This document shows, one piece after another, positions 6,813-15,896 of a stretch of DNA of 62,761 bases (position 1 is the stretch's first letter; every line of letters begins with the position of its first letter). This stretch comes from Solirubrobacterales bacterium (GTDB taxonomy: Bacteria; Actinomycetota; Thermoleophilia; Solirubrobacterales; 70-9): positions 1 through 62,761 of the forward strand of contig JBAWHK010000016.1 in assembly GCA_049593795.1 (NCBI GenBank), written 5' to 3'. A program made the translations under genes and the position numbers. The notes below the pieces were generated by a model. It was not told the DNA's origin. It saw nothing but the letters and a program-made list of their open reading frames with translations, and ran no database searches.

Positions 6813-7970
6813 CTAGCCCTGGTTCTTCTTCTGCTTCTTCTTGTTGGTCTGCTGCTTCTTCTGGCCTTGCTTCTGGTTCTGGCCTTGCTTCTGGTTCTGC
6901 TTCTTCTTTTGTGACTGCTGATTCGGCTGCGGGGTGGGCACCGGCTCTGGCTCCGGTACCAGTGAATTCGCAAAAGCCTTGATCGCAACGGCTGTCTTGG
7001 CCGGAGCTTCGATCTGGGGTGAATGGCCCACGCCCGGGATCAGCAGGGTCTGAACGTCGGGAATGGCGGCATACGCGCTGAGTGATTCACGGGCCGAATA
7101 GATCTGGTCCTCCTCACCGAAGATCACCAGCAACGGCACCCCGGTCGCTTCCAGCCTGTCGTTCAGCGGTTCAGCATCGGTGTACTCGACCGAAGCGTCA
7201 TAGGAACCCGTGTAAGACGGATAGGTCATCTGCCTGACGTCGTCGATGTACTTGTCCGGCACGTCAAACCCGGGAGCGAACCCCTGAGCGACGTTCCTCC
7301 GGATCAGGAAACTTGGGGCCACCCGCCACATGGCCTGACCCAGCAGCGGCCACTGCGCAGCCTTGGCACCGCCGGACAGACCACCGAAACTTGAATCGGG
7401 GCCGATATTGATCAAAACCACCCCGGCAACGAGTTCCGGTGAACTCTCGGCCAGCGCAGTCGCAACCTTGCCGCCGAAAGAATGGCCGACCACCGTGGCC
7501 AGCCCGACATCAAGTTCACTCAGGACCTGGGCGACCAGGCTGGCCTGCGACTCGACCGAATAACCATCTTTCGGTTTGCTCGACCCGCCATAACCGAGCA
7601 GGTCGATCGCGATTACCTCGTTGCCCGTGCTGAGCAACGGCAGGACATCATCCCACCAGTTGATCGCGCCACCCGAACCGTGAATCAGCACGATCGGCAT
7701 AGCTTCCCCGGTTGCGACACCGCCATCCGAGAGGTCATTTCGCACCGGCTCGGTCGGCCCTGACTGGAGAACCTGAAGCGGTCCAGAGGTCGTTTCCACG
7801 AGCGTCGAACCGAAGGTGGTTTTCGATGCGGGCTGGGTCTCGTTATTGAGCGCGAAGGCGTTCAGTACGATCAACACGAGCAGCATCAGCAGCAAGCCGA
7901 AGATGATCTTCAGGCCGCGGCCTTTGCGGGAGGTCTTGCCCCGCCTCGAACGTGATGAAGTCTGTGCCAT
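6813..7970 (-). CDS. Alpha/beta-fold hydrolase, N-terminal membrane anchor, polybasic Lys/Gln-rich C-terminal tail
   Basis: Carries HGSGG and GHSFGG (nucleophile elbow) motifs. There is a basic N-terminus plus a TM segment (IIFGLLLMLLVLIVL). The tail reads QSQKKKQNQKQGQNQKQGQKKQQTNKKKQKKNQG. Confidence 0.85.
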   Translation of the reverse strand: MAQTSSRSRRGKTSRKGRGLKIIFGLLLMLLVLIVLNAFALNNETQPASKTTFGSTLVETTSGPLQVLQSGPTEPVRNDLSDGGVATGEAMPIVLIHGSGGAINWWDDVLPLLSTGNEVIAIDLLGYGGSSKPKDGYSVESQASLVAQVLSELDVGLATVVGHSFGGKVATALAESSPELVAGVVLINIGPDSSFGGLSGGAKAAQWPLLGQAMWRVAPSFLIRRNVAQGFAPGFDVPDKYIDDVRQMTYPSYTGSYDASVEYTDAEPLNDRLEATGVPLLVIFGEEDQIYSARESLSAYAAIPDVQTLLIPGVGHSPQIEAPAKTAVAIKAFANSLVPEPEPVPTPQPNQQSQKKKQNQKQGQNQKQGQKKQQTNKKKQKKNQG

Positions 7971-8060
7971 CTTCGCTGTTACCCTAGTCCGACTTTCGGT
8001 CGGTCACATCCGTCCCGGATCCGGTCAAAAGAAAACCGTCTACTTGCGGGGAAAATACAT

Positions 8061-9347
8061 ATGGAAAAGTTTGTAATACAGGGCGGTGTGCCGCTCTCGG
8101 GGGAAATCACCGCCGCCGGCAACAAAAATGCGGCTCTGCCGATCCTCGCTGCCTGCCTGCTCACCGAAGAAGAAGTAGTGATCGCCAACGTACCGCGCAT
8201 CCGGGATACGGAAGCACAGATCGAACTTCTGGCCAGCCTGGGCGTCGAAGTGAACTGGGTCGAAGACAACACGGTCAGCCTCTGCGCCAAGAACATCAGC
8301 GACACCTCGCTGGACGAAGAGCTGTCGTCAAAGATCCGCGCATCCTTCCTGCTGGCCGGCCCTCTGCTTGCCCGTTTCGGAAACGTTCACATGCCGCCGC
8401 CTGGCGGAGACTTCATCGGCCGTCGACGCCTCGACGCTCACCTCGACGCCTTCCGTGAACTCGGGGCCCGGGTTGGCGGGCAGCGTTCAATCGAACTTGC
8501 CGCACCTCCCGGTGGCCTGCGCGCCGCCGAGATCTTCATGGACGAACCGTCAGTGATGGGCACCGAAAACGCCCTGATGGCGGCGGCTCTCACTCCGGGT
8601 GAAACCACGATCCTCAACGCCGCATCAGAGCCCCACGTTCAGGATCTCGCCCGCCTGCTGGTCAAGATGGGCGCGCCGATCTCCGGCATTGGTTCCAACG
8701 TGATGGTCGTTTCCGGCAAGGACAAGCTTGGAGGGGCCGAACACAAAGTCACGCCTGACCACATCGAGATCGCCAGTTTCATGGCGCTCGCTGCGGCCAC
8801 CGGTGGCGAACTCCGGATTCACGAAGTCGAACCGATCGATCTCTACATGATCCGCCGCCAGTTCCGGCGTCTCGGATTCCAGTCGGTTATCGAAGGCACT
8901 GACGTGATCGTGCCGCCGTCGCAGAACCTGGTGATCCAGCCTGACGAAGGTGGGGCGATCCCGAAGATCGAGGACGGACCATGGCCAGCCTTCCCGGCGG
9001 ACCTGACTTCGATCGCCCTCGCCCTGGCAACGCAGGCTGACGGCGAAATCCTGATCTTCGAAAAGATGTTCGAGAACCGTCTCTTCTTCGTCGACAAGCT
9101 AGTCGCGATGGGCGCCCGCATCACACTTTGCGATCCGCATCGCGCGATCGTGTCGGGCAAGAGTCCGCTCCATGGCGAACGGGTTGACAGCCCGGACATC
9201 CGTGCCGGCATGGCAATGCTGATCGCCGCACTCGCCGCTGAAGGCACTTCCGAGATCGGCAACATCCGCCAGATCGACCGTGGCTACGAGAACATCGAAG
9301 CCCGCCTGAAGTCGCTTGGCGCGCACATCGAACGCGTAGAGGACTAG
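8061..9347 (+). CDS. murA: UDP-N-acetylglucosamine 1-carboxyvinyltransferase
   Basis: 428 aa. Has the GNKNAALPILAA motif and the active-site loop PPGGDFIGRRRLD, with Asp117 where E. coli has Cys115. Confidence 0.95.
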   Translation: MEKFVIQGGVPLSGEITAAGNKNAALPILAACLLTEEEVVIANVPRIRDTEAQIELLASLGVEVNWVEDNTVSLCAKNISDTSLDEELSSKIRASFLLAGPLLARFGNVHMPPPGGDFIGRRRLDAHLDAFRELGARVGGQRSIELAAPPGGLRAAEIFMDEPSVMGTENALMAAALTPGETTILNAASEPHVQDLARLLVKMGAPISGIGSNVMVVSGKDKLGGAEHKVTPDHIEIASFMALAAATGGELRIHEVEPIDLYMIRRQFRRLGFQSVIEGTDVIVPPSQNLVIQPDEGGAIPKIEDGPWPAFPADLTSIALALATQADGEILIFEKMFENRLFFVDKLVAMGARITLCDPHRAIVSGKSPLHGERVDSPDIRAGMAMLIAALAAEGTSEIGNIRQIDRGYENIEARLKSLGAHIERVED

Positions 9348-9357
9348 ACAGGACACC

Positions 9358-10341
9358 TTGATCCACCCGATCCCCCCAGGTACCCGGGACGTACTTCCCG
9401 ACGAGATGCGTGAACTCCGCCGTCTGGAGACGGCGTTGCTCGACGTGTTCGAAAGCTTCGATTACAGCGAAGTCCGCACCCCGACGATCGAATACGCCGA
9501 AGTGGTTGACCTCAGTGATGAAGTCGATGCCGGCGCCTACCGATTCTTTGACGACCGGGGTGAGCAGCTGGCGCTGCGTACTGACATGACGATCCCGATC
9601 GCACGCCTCGTCGCTACCCGTTTCGGTGAAGTCGAGCCGCCTTACCGGCTCAGTTACATGGCGAACTCGTACAAGGCGGTCACTCCCCAAAGGGCCCAGC
9701 TGCGTGAGTTCGGGCAGGCCGGGATTGAACTCATCGGTGTGAATGGCGCCGAAGGCACCGCTGAAGTGGTCGAAGTCATGACCCGTTCGCTGGATGCCGT
9801 GGGCCTGAACAAAGCGGTTATCGGCCTGGGCGACGCTGACCTCTGGGGATGCCTGCTCGCCGATTTTTCGGCCGATCAGGAACTGATCAGGAACACTGCG
9901 AGCCGCCTTGCCAGCCACGACATCGTCGGATTGGAAATCGACCTTGAAGCGGCAGGCACCTTGAGCCCGGACCAGATCAAGTGTCTGATCAGACTTATTC
10001 AGCTGCGTGGCGGCCCCGAAGTGATCGGGATGGCCAGGGGCATGGGCGGGACCTCGTTCGAAGCGAGCCTCGACAGCCTCCAGGAGACCTACGACGCAAT
10101 TGCCGGGCGTGGCGGCGCCGACCGGGTTCAGGTGGACCTCGGGCTGCTGCGGGACCTCGGCTATTACAGCGGCTCGATCCTCGAGATCTACGACCCTTCG
10201 GTCGGTCAGGTGATCGGTGGAGGCGGACGCTACGACGGCCTGATGAGCAAATTCGGCGTTGATGAGCCGGCGGCCGGATTCAGTCTTTACGTGGAACGCA
10301 TCCACAAAGCCCAGCTCGAACAGGAGCGCAACGGTGTTTGA
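9358..10341 (+). CDS. hisZ: ATP phosphoribosyltransferase regulatory subunit (HisRS paralogue)
   Basis: 327 aa with a class-II aaRS-like core (GTRDVLP, YRFFD) and no anticodon-binding domain. Starts at TTG and overlaps the hisG start. Confidence 0.85.
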   Translation: MIHPIPPGTRDVLPDEMRELRRLETALLDVFESFDYSEVRTPTIEYAEVVDLSDEVDAGAYRFFDDRGEQLALRTDMTIPIARLVATRFGEVEPPYRLSYMANSYKAVTPQRAQLREFGQAGIELIGVNGAEGTAEVVEVMTRSLDAVGLNKAVIGLGDADLWGCLLADFSADQELIRNTASRLASHDIVGLEIDLEAAGTLSPDQIKCLIRLIQLRGGPEVIGMARGMGGTSFEASLDSLQETYDAIAGRGGADRVQVDLGLLRDLGYYSGSILEIYDPSVGQVIGGGGRYDGLMSKFGVDEPAAGFSLYVERIHKAQLEQERNGV

Positions 10342-10996
10342 AGCCCTGAGAGCCCCAGGCGGTCCGCTCAAACTGGCCGTTCCGCGCGGCGCGCTGCTTG
10401 ACGAGGTGCTTGACCTGCTCGACCGGATCGGGGTGAAGACCGAGGAAGTACGCGGTGATTCCCGATCGCTCGTTTTCGACGGTGGAGAGATGACCCTGGT
10501 CACGATGCGTCCATATGACGTGCCGACCTATGTCGAAGCCGGAGCTGCCGACGTCGGCATCACCGGCAAAGACGTCCTTCTTGAACAGGCCGACCGCAGC
10601 GTGTACGAACTGCTCGACCTGAAAGTCGGCCTTTGCCGCATGGTTCTCGCGACCCAGAAGGGCGATACCGGTCCTTCGGAACATCAGCGTCGTCTGGGCC
10701 TGATGCGCATCGCCACCAAGTACCCGCGGATCGCCGAGGAATACTTCGAGAAGAGTGGCCGCCAGGTTGAAGTGGTTGAAGTAAAAGGATCGATCGAGCT
10801 GGCGCCGCTGGTCGGACTGGCCGACGGAATCGTTGATCTGGTCGCGACCGGACGTTCCCTGCGGGAAAACAATCTCGAGGCGCGTGAAGACATCGTCACC
10901 TGCACGGCCCGGCTGGTTGCCAATCAGGTTTCTTACAAATTGCGCTCGGCCGAAGTTGATTCGCTGGTTGCGCGTCTGCGGGAGGCGGCCGGGTGA
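10334..10996 (+). CDS. hisG: ATP phosphoribosyltransferase, short form
   Basis: A GTG at 10334 overlaps the hisZ stop (GTGTTTGA). The product is 220 aa, begins LKLAVPRGALLDEV, and has no C-terminal regulatory domain. Confidence 0.88.
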   Translation: MFEALRAPGGPLKLAVPRGALLDEVLDLLDRIGVKTEEVRGDSRSLVFDGGEMTLVTMRPYDVPTYVEAGAADVGITGKDVLLEQADRSVYELLDLKVGLCRMVLATQKGDTGPSEHQRRLGLMRIATKYPRIAEEYFEKSGRQVEVVEVKGSIELAPLVGLADGIVDLVATGRSLRENNLEAREDIVTCTARLVANQVSYKLRSAEVDSLVARLREAAG

Positions 10997-12267
10997 GGTT
11001 TCGCCGTCTTCAGTGGGCGGCACCGGAGCAACTCGCCGTTGAACTCCGGAACTGGTTCGGGGCCAGTTCTGATCTTGCCGACGTGTCGCCGATCAGCAAA
11101 GCGGTGAAAGAAGAAGGCGACTCGGCCCTGCTGCGCCTGACCGCACAGTTCGATGCGACCGAAGTGACCCCGACTTCGCTCCGGGTCGGGCTGGACGACG
11201 CTGACGAAGCGCTCGCGAACCTTGATCCGGAAGTTGAAGCAGCCCTGCGAATCGCTGTGGAAAACGTGTCGCTGGTCGCAGCCGCACAGCTGAACGACGA
11301 GCCGAAAGAAGTGACCCTGCCTCAGGGTCAGACCGTTCTGGTTGGCGAAGTGCCGGTGGGCGCCGCCGGCATCTACGCCCCTGGCGGCCGTGCGTCCTAT
11401 CCGTCCACGGTGGTGATGGGCTGTGTAACCGCCCGGACTGCCGGGGTGGAAAGACTTGTGCTCGTGGCACCGCCAGGACCGGATGGCAAAATCGATCCGG
11501 CCACTCTCGCGGCCGCATCGATCTGCGGTGTGGACGAGATCTATGCGGTTGGAGGGGCCCAGGCGATATTCGCCCTGGCCCGCGGCACGGAATCGATCAA
11601 GCCGGTCGATGTGATCGCCGGGCCGGGCAACGCCTGGGTTCAGGCCGCTAAAAAGGAAGTCTTCGGCGAAGTGGGAATCGATTCGCTGGCCGGACCCTCG
11701 GACCTGATGGTGATCCTCGATTCGGAGACGGATCTGCGCTTTGCCGCACTTGACCTCTGTGCGCAGGCCGAGCACGGCGAAGAAAGCCTGCTGCTGGCTG
11801 TTGGTCCCGATGACGAAACTCTCGACCGGCTCCAGGCCGAAGTCGAAAAGGTGGTGGGTGAACAGCCCAGCGTCAAGGACTGCCGGATAGCAATGGTGGT
11901 CGCCCCCGGCGACGAACAGGCAGTTGACCTGGCCAATGCTTTCGCGCCTGAACATCTGCAGCTGATGAATGAAGGCTCAGCCGCGCTGGCCTCCAGGATT
12001 CGCACGGCAGGCTGTGTTTTCACCGGCCCGGAGGCAGCCACCGCGTTCGGTGATTACGTTGCCGGTTCGAACCATGTCCTTCCGACCGACGGTACCGGTC
12101 GAATTTTCGGCCCACTTTCCCCGGCTACCTTCCGCAGGAAGACGTCGCGGGTAAGCTTGGATGCCGCATCGGCCGCAGCGCTGGCAGGACCCCTTGACGC
12201 CCTCGCCAGGGCAGAAGGACTGCCAGTTCACGGGATGTCCGCAACCGCGAGAACCGAGGAAGAATGA
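10993..12267 (+). CDS. hisD: Histidinol dehydrogenase
   Basis: 424 aa with the CAQAEHGEES motif. GTGA overlap with hisG. Confidence 0.95.
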   Translation: MRFRRLQWAAPEQLAVELRNWFGASSDLADVSPISKAVKEEGDSALLRLTAQFDATEVTPTSLRVGLDDADEALANLDPEVEAALRIAVENVSLVAAAQLNDEPKEVTLPQGQTVLVGEVPVGAAGIYAPGGRASYPSTVVMGCVTARTAGVERLVLVAPPGPDGKIDPATLAAASICGVDEIYAVGGAQAIFALARGTESIKPVDVIAGPGNAWVQAAKKEVFGEVGIDSLAGPSDLMVILDSETDLRFAALDLCAQAEHGEESLLLAVGPDDETLDRLQAEVEKVVGEQPSVKDCRIAMVVAPGDEQAVDLANAFAPEHLQLMNEGSAALASRIRTAGCVFTGPEAATAFGDYVAGSNHVLPTDGTGRIFGPLSPATFRRKTSRVSLDAASAAALAGPLDALARAEGLPVHGMSATARTEEE

Positions 12268-12854
12268 GCAGACAGGCGAAGATAGAGCGAAACACCAATG
12301 AAACCCAGATCGTGGTCGAACTTGACCTGGACGGAACCGATTCATCGGCTTCGACCGGGGTCGGATTTTTTGATCACATGCTCGATCTTCTGTCCCGTCA
12401 CGCCAACATCGGTTTGAACGTGACCGCCAACGGTGATCTTGAAACCGGTTCACACCACACCGTGGAAGACGTCGGCATCGTGATCGGCCAGGCGATCGAC
12501 CAGGCACTTGGTGACCGTTACGGCATCCGTCGATACGGATCCGCGGTAGTGCCGATGGATGAAGCCGCGGCATCATGCGCCCTCGATATTTCCGGCCGTC
12601 CGCTTTCCGTGTTCCGGGGCGAGATTCCGATCACGTCGATCGCCAATTACGAAACAGAGTTGACGGAGGAGTTCTTCCGTGCGGTTGCGAACGGGGCGAG
12701 AATGACCCTTCACATGGAGATCAATTACGGGTCGAATGTGCATCACATGATTGAAGCCGCATTCAAGGCATTTGCGCGCGCGTTGCGAGTTGCCGTTTCG
12801 ATAGATCCCGACGAAAAGGGCGTGCCCAGCACCAAGGGCACGCTGAATACTTGA
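12264..12854 (+). CDS. hisB: Imidazoleglycerol-phosphate dehydratase
   Basis: 196 aa with FFDHMLD, SHHTVEDVG and VHHMIEAAFKA motifs. ATGA overlap. Confidence 0.95.
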   Translation: MSRQAKIERNTNETQIVVELDLDGTDSSASTGVGFFDHMLDLLSRHANIGLNVTANGDLETGSHHTVEDVGIVIGQAIDQALGDRYGIRRYGSAVVPMDEAAASCALDISGRPLSVFRGEIPITSIANYETELTEEFFRAVANGARMTLHMEINYGSNVHHMIEAAFKAFARALRVAVSIDPDEKGVPSTKGTLNT

Positions 12855-13501
12855 GTGCCGTATCCGATGTGAAGCTGGCCGTCCTGGACTACGGGATGGG
12901 CAACCTGCGTTCAGTCGAGAAAGCGTTTGAGCGAAATGGTGTTGACGCGGCCAAAACGAATGATGCGCAGACGATCGGGTCGGCTGACGGACTGGTGCTG
13001 CCCGGGGTGGGTGCTTTCCCACGGGCGATGGCCCGGATCAGGGAGCTCGGGTTGGATGAGATGCTCCGGGAAGCCGCCTTGCAGGGCACGCCGATCCTCG
13101 GCATCTGCCTCGGTTACCAGTTGCTTTTCGAATCATCGATCGAACTCGGTGGTGACGAAGGACTGGGCCTGCTTGACGGGCCCGTGACCCAGGTTCCCGC
13201 GGGCGGCCGGAAGATTCCCCATATCGGCTGGGCTGCCGTCACCTGGCAAAAGCCCTCACCGATAAATGACGGGCTGAGGCCGGGAGAACCGTTCTATTTC
13301 GTTCATTCCTTCGTGCCCGAACCGGACGCCGGTGAAACCGTTGGAACCGCCACCTACAGCGGTGATTTTGCCTGTGTTGCATCGAAAGGAAACACCTATG
13401 GTGTCCAGTTCCACCCCGAGAAATCCAGCCACGCCGGCCTGCGACTGCTGCAGAACTTCGCATCGATCTGTGTCAATCATCGTGAAGGGATGACCTCATG
13501 A
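12851..13501 (+). CDS. hisH: Imidazole glycerol phosphate synthase, glutamine amidotransferase subunit
   Basis: 216 aa with GICLGYQLL and VQFHPEKS motifs. TTGA overlap. Confidence 0.94.
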   Translation: MSAVSDVKLAVLDYGMGNLRSVEKAFERNGVDAAKTNDAQTIGSADGLVLPGVGAFPRAMARIRELGLDEMLREAALQGTPILGICLGYQLLFESSIELGGDEGLGLLDGPVTQVPAGGRKIPHIGWAAVTWQKPSPINDGLRPGEPFYFVHSFVPEPDAGETVGTATYSGDFACVASKGNTYGVQFHPEKSSHAGLRLLQNFASICVNHREGMTS

Positions 13502-14229
13502 TTCTCTATCCGGCAATTGACATCCTGGGTGGCAAGGCTGTGCGCCTGCTCCAGGGTGAATACGACCAGGAAACCCTCTATGACAACGATCCGGTCGACG
13601 CCGCAAAGCGCTGGGCTGACGGCGGAGCCGAGTACATCCATGTGGTCGACCTGGACGGAGCCAAAGCTGGCAAACCGGTGAACCTGGAAACGATCTCCCG
13701 GATCGCCGCAGCGGTGAGCTGCCCGATCGAGGTCGGCGGAGGATTGCGTAGCGCCGAAGCTGTAGCTGCCGTGCTTGATGCCGGGGCGGCCAGGGTGGTA
13801 ATCGGAACGGCCGCGCTGCGTGACCCGGAGTTTCTTTCCGAAGTGATCAAGGTCCATGGTGCATCGAAAGTCGTTGTTTCGGTTGATGCGCGTGGCGGCA
13901 AGGTGTCACTGGCCGGCTGGACCGAATCGAGCGGGGTGGACGTGGCCGATGCGGTCGCCGACCTCAGCAAGCGCGGGGTCGAACGCTTCCTTTTCACTCC
14001 GATTGAGGTTGACGGAATGATGACCGGTCCGAACATGCCGGAGCTGGCGCGGGTGGCCGCTGCGACCGAGGCGAGCGTGATCGCTTCCGGTGGCGTCGGA
14101 GAACTCGCGCACCTGCGGACCCTGGCCGACCGGGCCCCGGCCAATGTCGAAGGCGTAATCGTGGGCAAAGCCCTGTACGAAGGCCGGTTCGGTGTGCGCG
14201 AAGCGATCGAGGTCCTGGAAAAGCCATGA
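13498..14229 (+). CDS. hisA: ProFAR isomerase (HisA; possibly PriA-type bifunctional)
   Basis: 243 aa, begins [16 protein letters not shown], (beta/alpha)8 HisA/HisF family. ATGA overlap. Confidence 0.9.
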   Translation: MILYPAIDILGGKAVRLLQGEYDQETLYDNDPVDAAKRWADGGAEYIHVVDLDGAKAGKPVNLETISRIAAAVSCPIEVGGGLRSAEAVAAVLDAGAARVVIGTAALRDPEFLSEVIKVHGASKVVVSVDARGGKVSLAGWTESSGVDVADAVADLSKRGVERFLFTPIEVDGMMTGPNMPELARVAAATEASVIASGGVGELAHLRTLADRAPANVEGVIVGKALYEGRFGVREAIEVLEKP

Positions 14230-14984
14230 GCGACCTGAAACGGGTGATTCCCTGCCTCGACGTTGACCAGGGACGGGTGGTCAAAGGGACCAATTTCGTT
14301 GACATCCGGGATGCCGGCGATCCGGTTGAACTCGCGACCAAATATGACGAAGGGGGCGCTGACGAACTGATCTTTCTCGACATCACGGCGTCACACGAAG
14401 GCCGGGATACGATCGTCGATCTGGCGCGTCGTACCGCGGACAACGTTTTCATCCCCTTCACTATCGGCGGCGGGATCCGTTCAGTTGAAGACGCCCAGGC
14501 AGTACTTGACGCTGGCGCTGACAAGGTGGCGGTGAACTCGGCAGCCCTGAATCGTCCGGAATTGCTGGCCGAAATGGCGGAGAACTTCGGATCACAGTGT
14601 GTGGTTGTCGCGATCGACGCGAAAAGGGTCGGGGATCACTACGAAGTGTTCCTGAACGGCGGCCGCAAAGCGACCGGCCGGGACGCGATCGAGTGGGCGA
14701 TCGAGGCCACGAGGCTCGGTGCGGGCGAGATCATGCTGACCAGCATGGATCGGGATGGCACCAACATCGGTTACGAACTTGAACTCACGCGGCTGGTCGC
14801 TGAAGCAACGGCAGTCCCGGTGATTGCTTCAGGCGGTGCCGGTGAGCTCAGCCACCTGGTCGAAGCGATTACGGACGGGGCAGCCGACGCGGTGCTCTGT
14901 GCATCGATTTTCCATTACGGCCAGCACACGGTGGAAGAAGCGAAGCTCTTCATGTCCGCCCAGGGCGTTCCAGTCCGGCTTTAG
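14226..14984 (+). CDS. hisF: Imidazole glycerol phosphate synthase, cyclase subunit
   Basis: 252 aa with [16 protein letters not shown] and SGGAG motifs. Confidence 0.95.
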   Translation: MSDLKRVIPCLDVDQGRVVKGTNFVDIRDAGDPVELATKYDEGGADELIFLDITASHEGRDTIVDLARRTADNVFIPFTIGGGIRSVEDAQAVLDAGADKVAVNSAALNRPELLAEMAENFGSQCVVVAIDAKRVGDHYEVFLNGGRKATGRDAIEWAIEATRLGAGEIMLTSMDRDGTNIGYELELTRLVAEATAVPVIASGGAGELSHLVEAITDGAADAVLCASIFHYGQHTVEEAKLFMSAQGVPVRL

Positions 14985-14990
14985 GCCCGA

Positions 14991-15896
14991 TCAGAGCGAA
15001 GCTTCCAGCTTTTCCGCACCGTCGCCACGGTCGATGCGGATCCGTTTGAGTGTGAACGGCTCATTTCTTTCGGCCAGTCCGGGGTCGACGGTGGTCGCAC
15101 CGCGGTAGCCGGCCGCCTCAACGGCTGCCACGACTTCATCGTCGTATTGCCCGGCCGGGTAACAGAAATTCACGATCTCGATACCGAGATCATTCTCCAG
15201 TTTCTGTTTCGACCCAACCAGTTCCGTTTCGAGAGCTTCCGGGCCGAGCGATGGCAGATCGGGATGGGTGGTGGTGTGCGACGCGATTTCCCAGCCGGCG
15301 CGGATCATCTTCTTTACCTGCTTGCTGGAAAGATCGGAGCCTTCGGCCTTGAGGTTCAGCTGCCCCGCCCAGCCATGTTCCCTGAGGACGGGCATCGCGT
15401 CGACGTAATGGCCCAGGTATCCGTCATCGAAGGAGAGCACGATCGGTTTGGCTGGCAGGGTGCCACCGTCAAACCAGGCGTTCTGCACCTGGATCAGGGT
15501 TACCGCGGTGTAACCGTTTCGGTCGAGCCAGTCGACCTGTTCGGAGAAGTCGTCGACCGAGAGGTAAAGATCGGGATAGGTGACTTCTCCTGCGGGTTCA
15601 CCGATCACGTGGTACATCAGGATCGGGACCGGGCCTTTGTCTGGTTTCCAGCTTGAATCGGGCTGGGCGCCGCCGGGTACGGCCGCTGTCTGATTTGAGC
15701 CAGATCCTTCCGAAGATGCGACGGCCTGATCCCCGGCAACGTCGGTAACGTCTTTTGGCCCGTTGCCAAGCAGAACGATGCTGATCACGGCTACGGCCAG
15801 CAGAAAGCCTGAGCCCAGGGTCAGGCGGCGTCGCCGGGTCCGTTTGCGGCGCAGTTCTTGACGTCTCCGCGCCAGGCGGTCAGGCAGGCCGTTCAT
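14991..15896 (-). CDS. Polysaccharide deacetylase (NodB homology domain), membrane-anchored
   Basis: Basic N-terminus plus a TM segment, then VLSFDDGY and ASHTTTHPDL motifs. The start overlaps the stop of the upstream propeller gene by 4 nt. Confidence 0.85.
   Translation of the reverse strand: MNGLPDRLARRRQELRRKRTRRRRLTLGSGFLLAVAVISIVLLGNGPKDVTDVAGDQAVASSEGSGSNQTAAVPGGAQPDSSWKPDKGPVPILMYHVIGEPAGEVTYPDLYLSVDDFSEQVDWLDRNGYTAVTLIQVQNAWFDGGTLPAKPIVLSFDDGYLGHYVDAMPVLREHGWAGQLNLKAEGSDLSSKQVKKMIRAGWEIASHTTTHPDLPSLGPEALETELVGSKQKLENDLGIEIVNFCYPAGQYDDEVVAAVEAAGYRGATTVDPGLAERNEPFTLKRIRIDRGDGAEKLEASL

Noticed and set aside
6776-6982. 68-aa plus-strand ORF, with an internal ATG at 6797 placed 6 nt after the AAGGAGGAG arm of the family B hairpin.
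   Set aside because: It is antisense to the repetitive Lys/Gln tail of the hydrolase. The product is Ser/Gly/Ala low-complexity. The SD-like sequence is part of a repeat hairpin rather than a dedicated ribosome-binding site.
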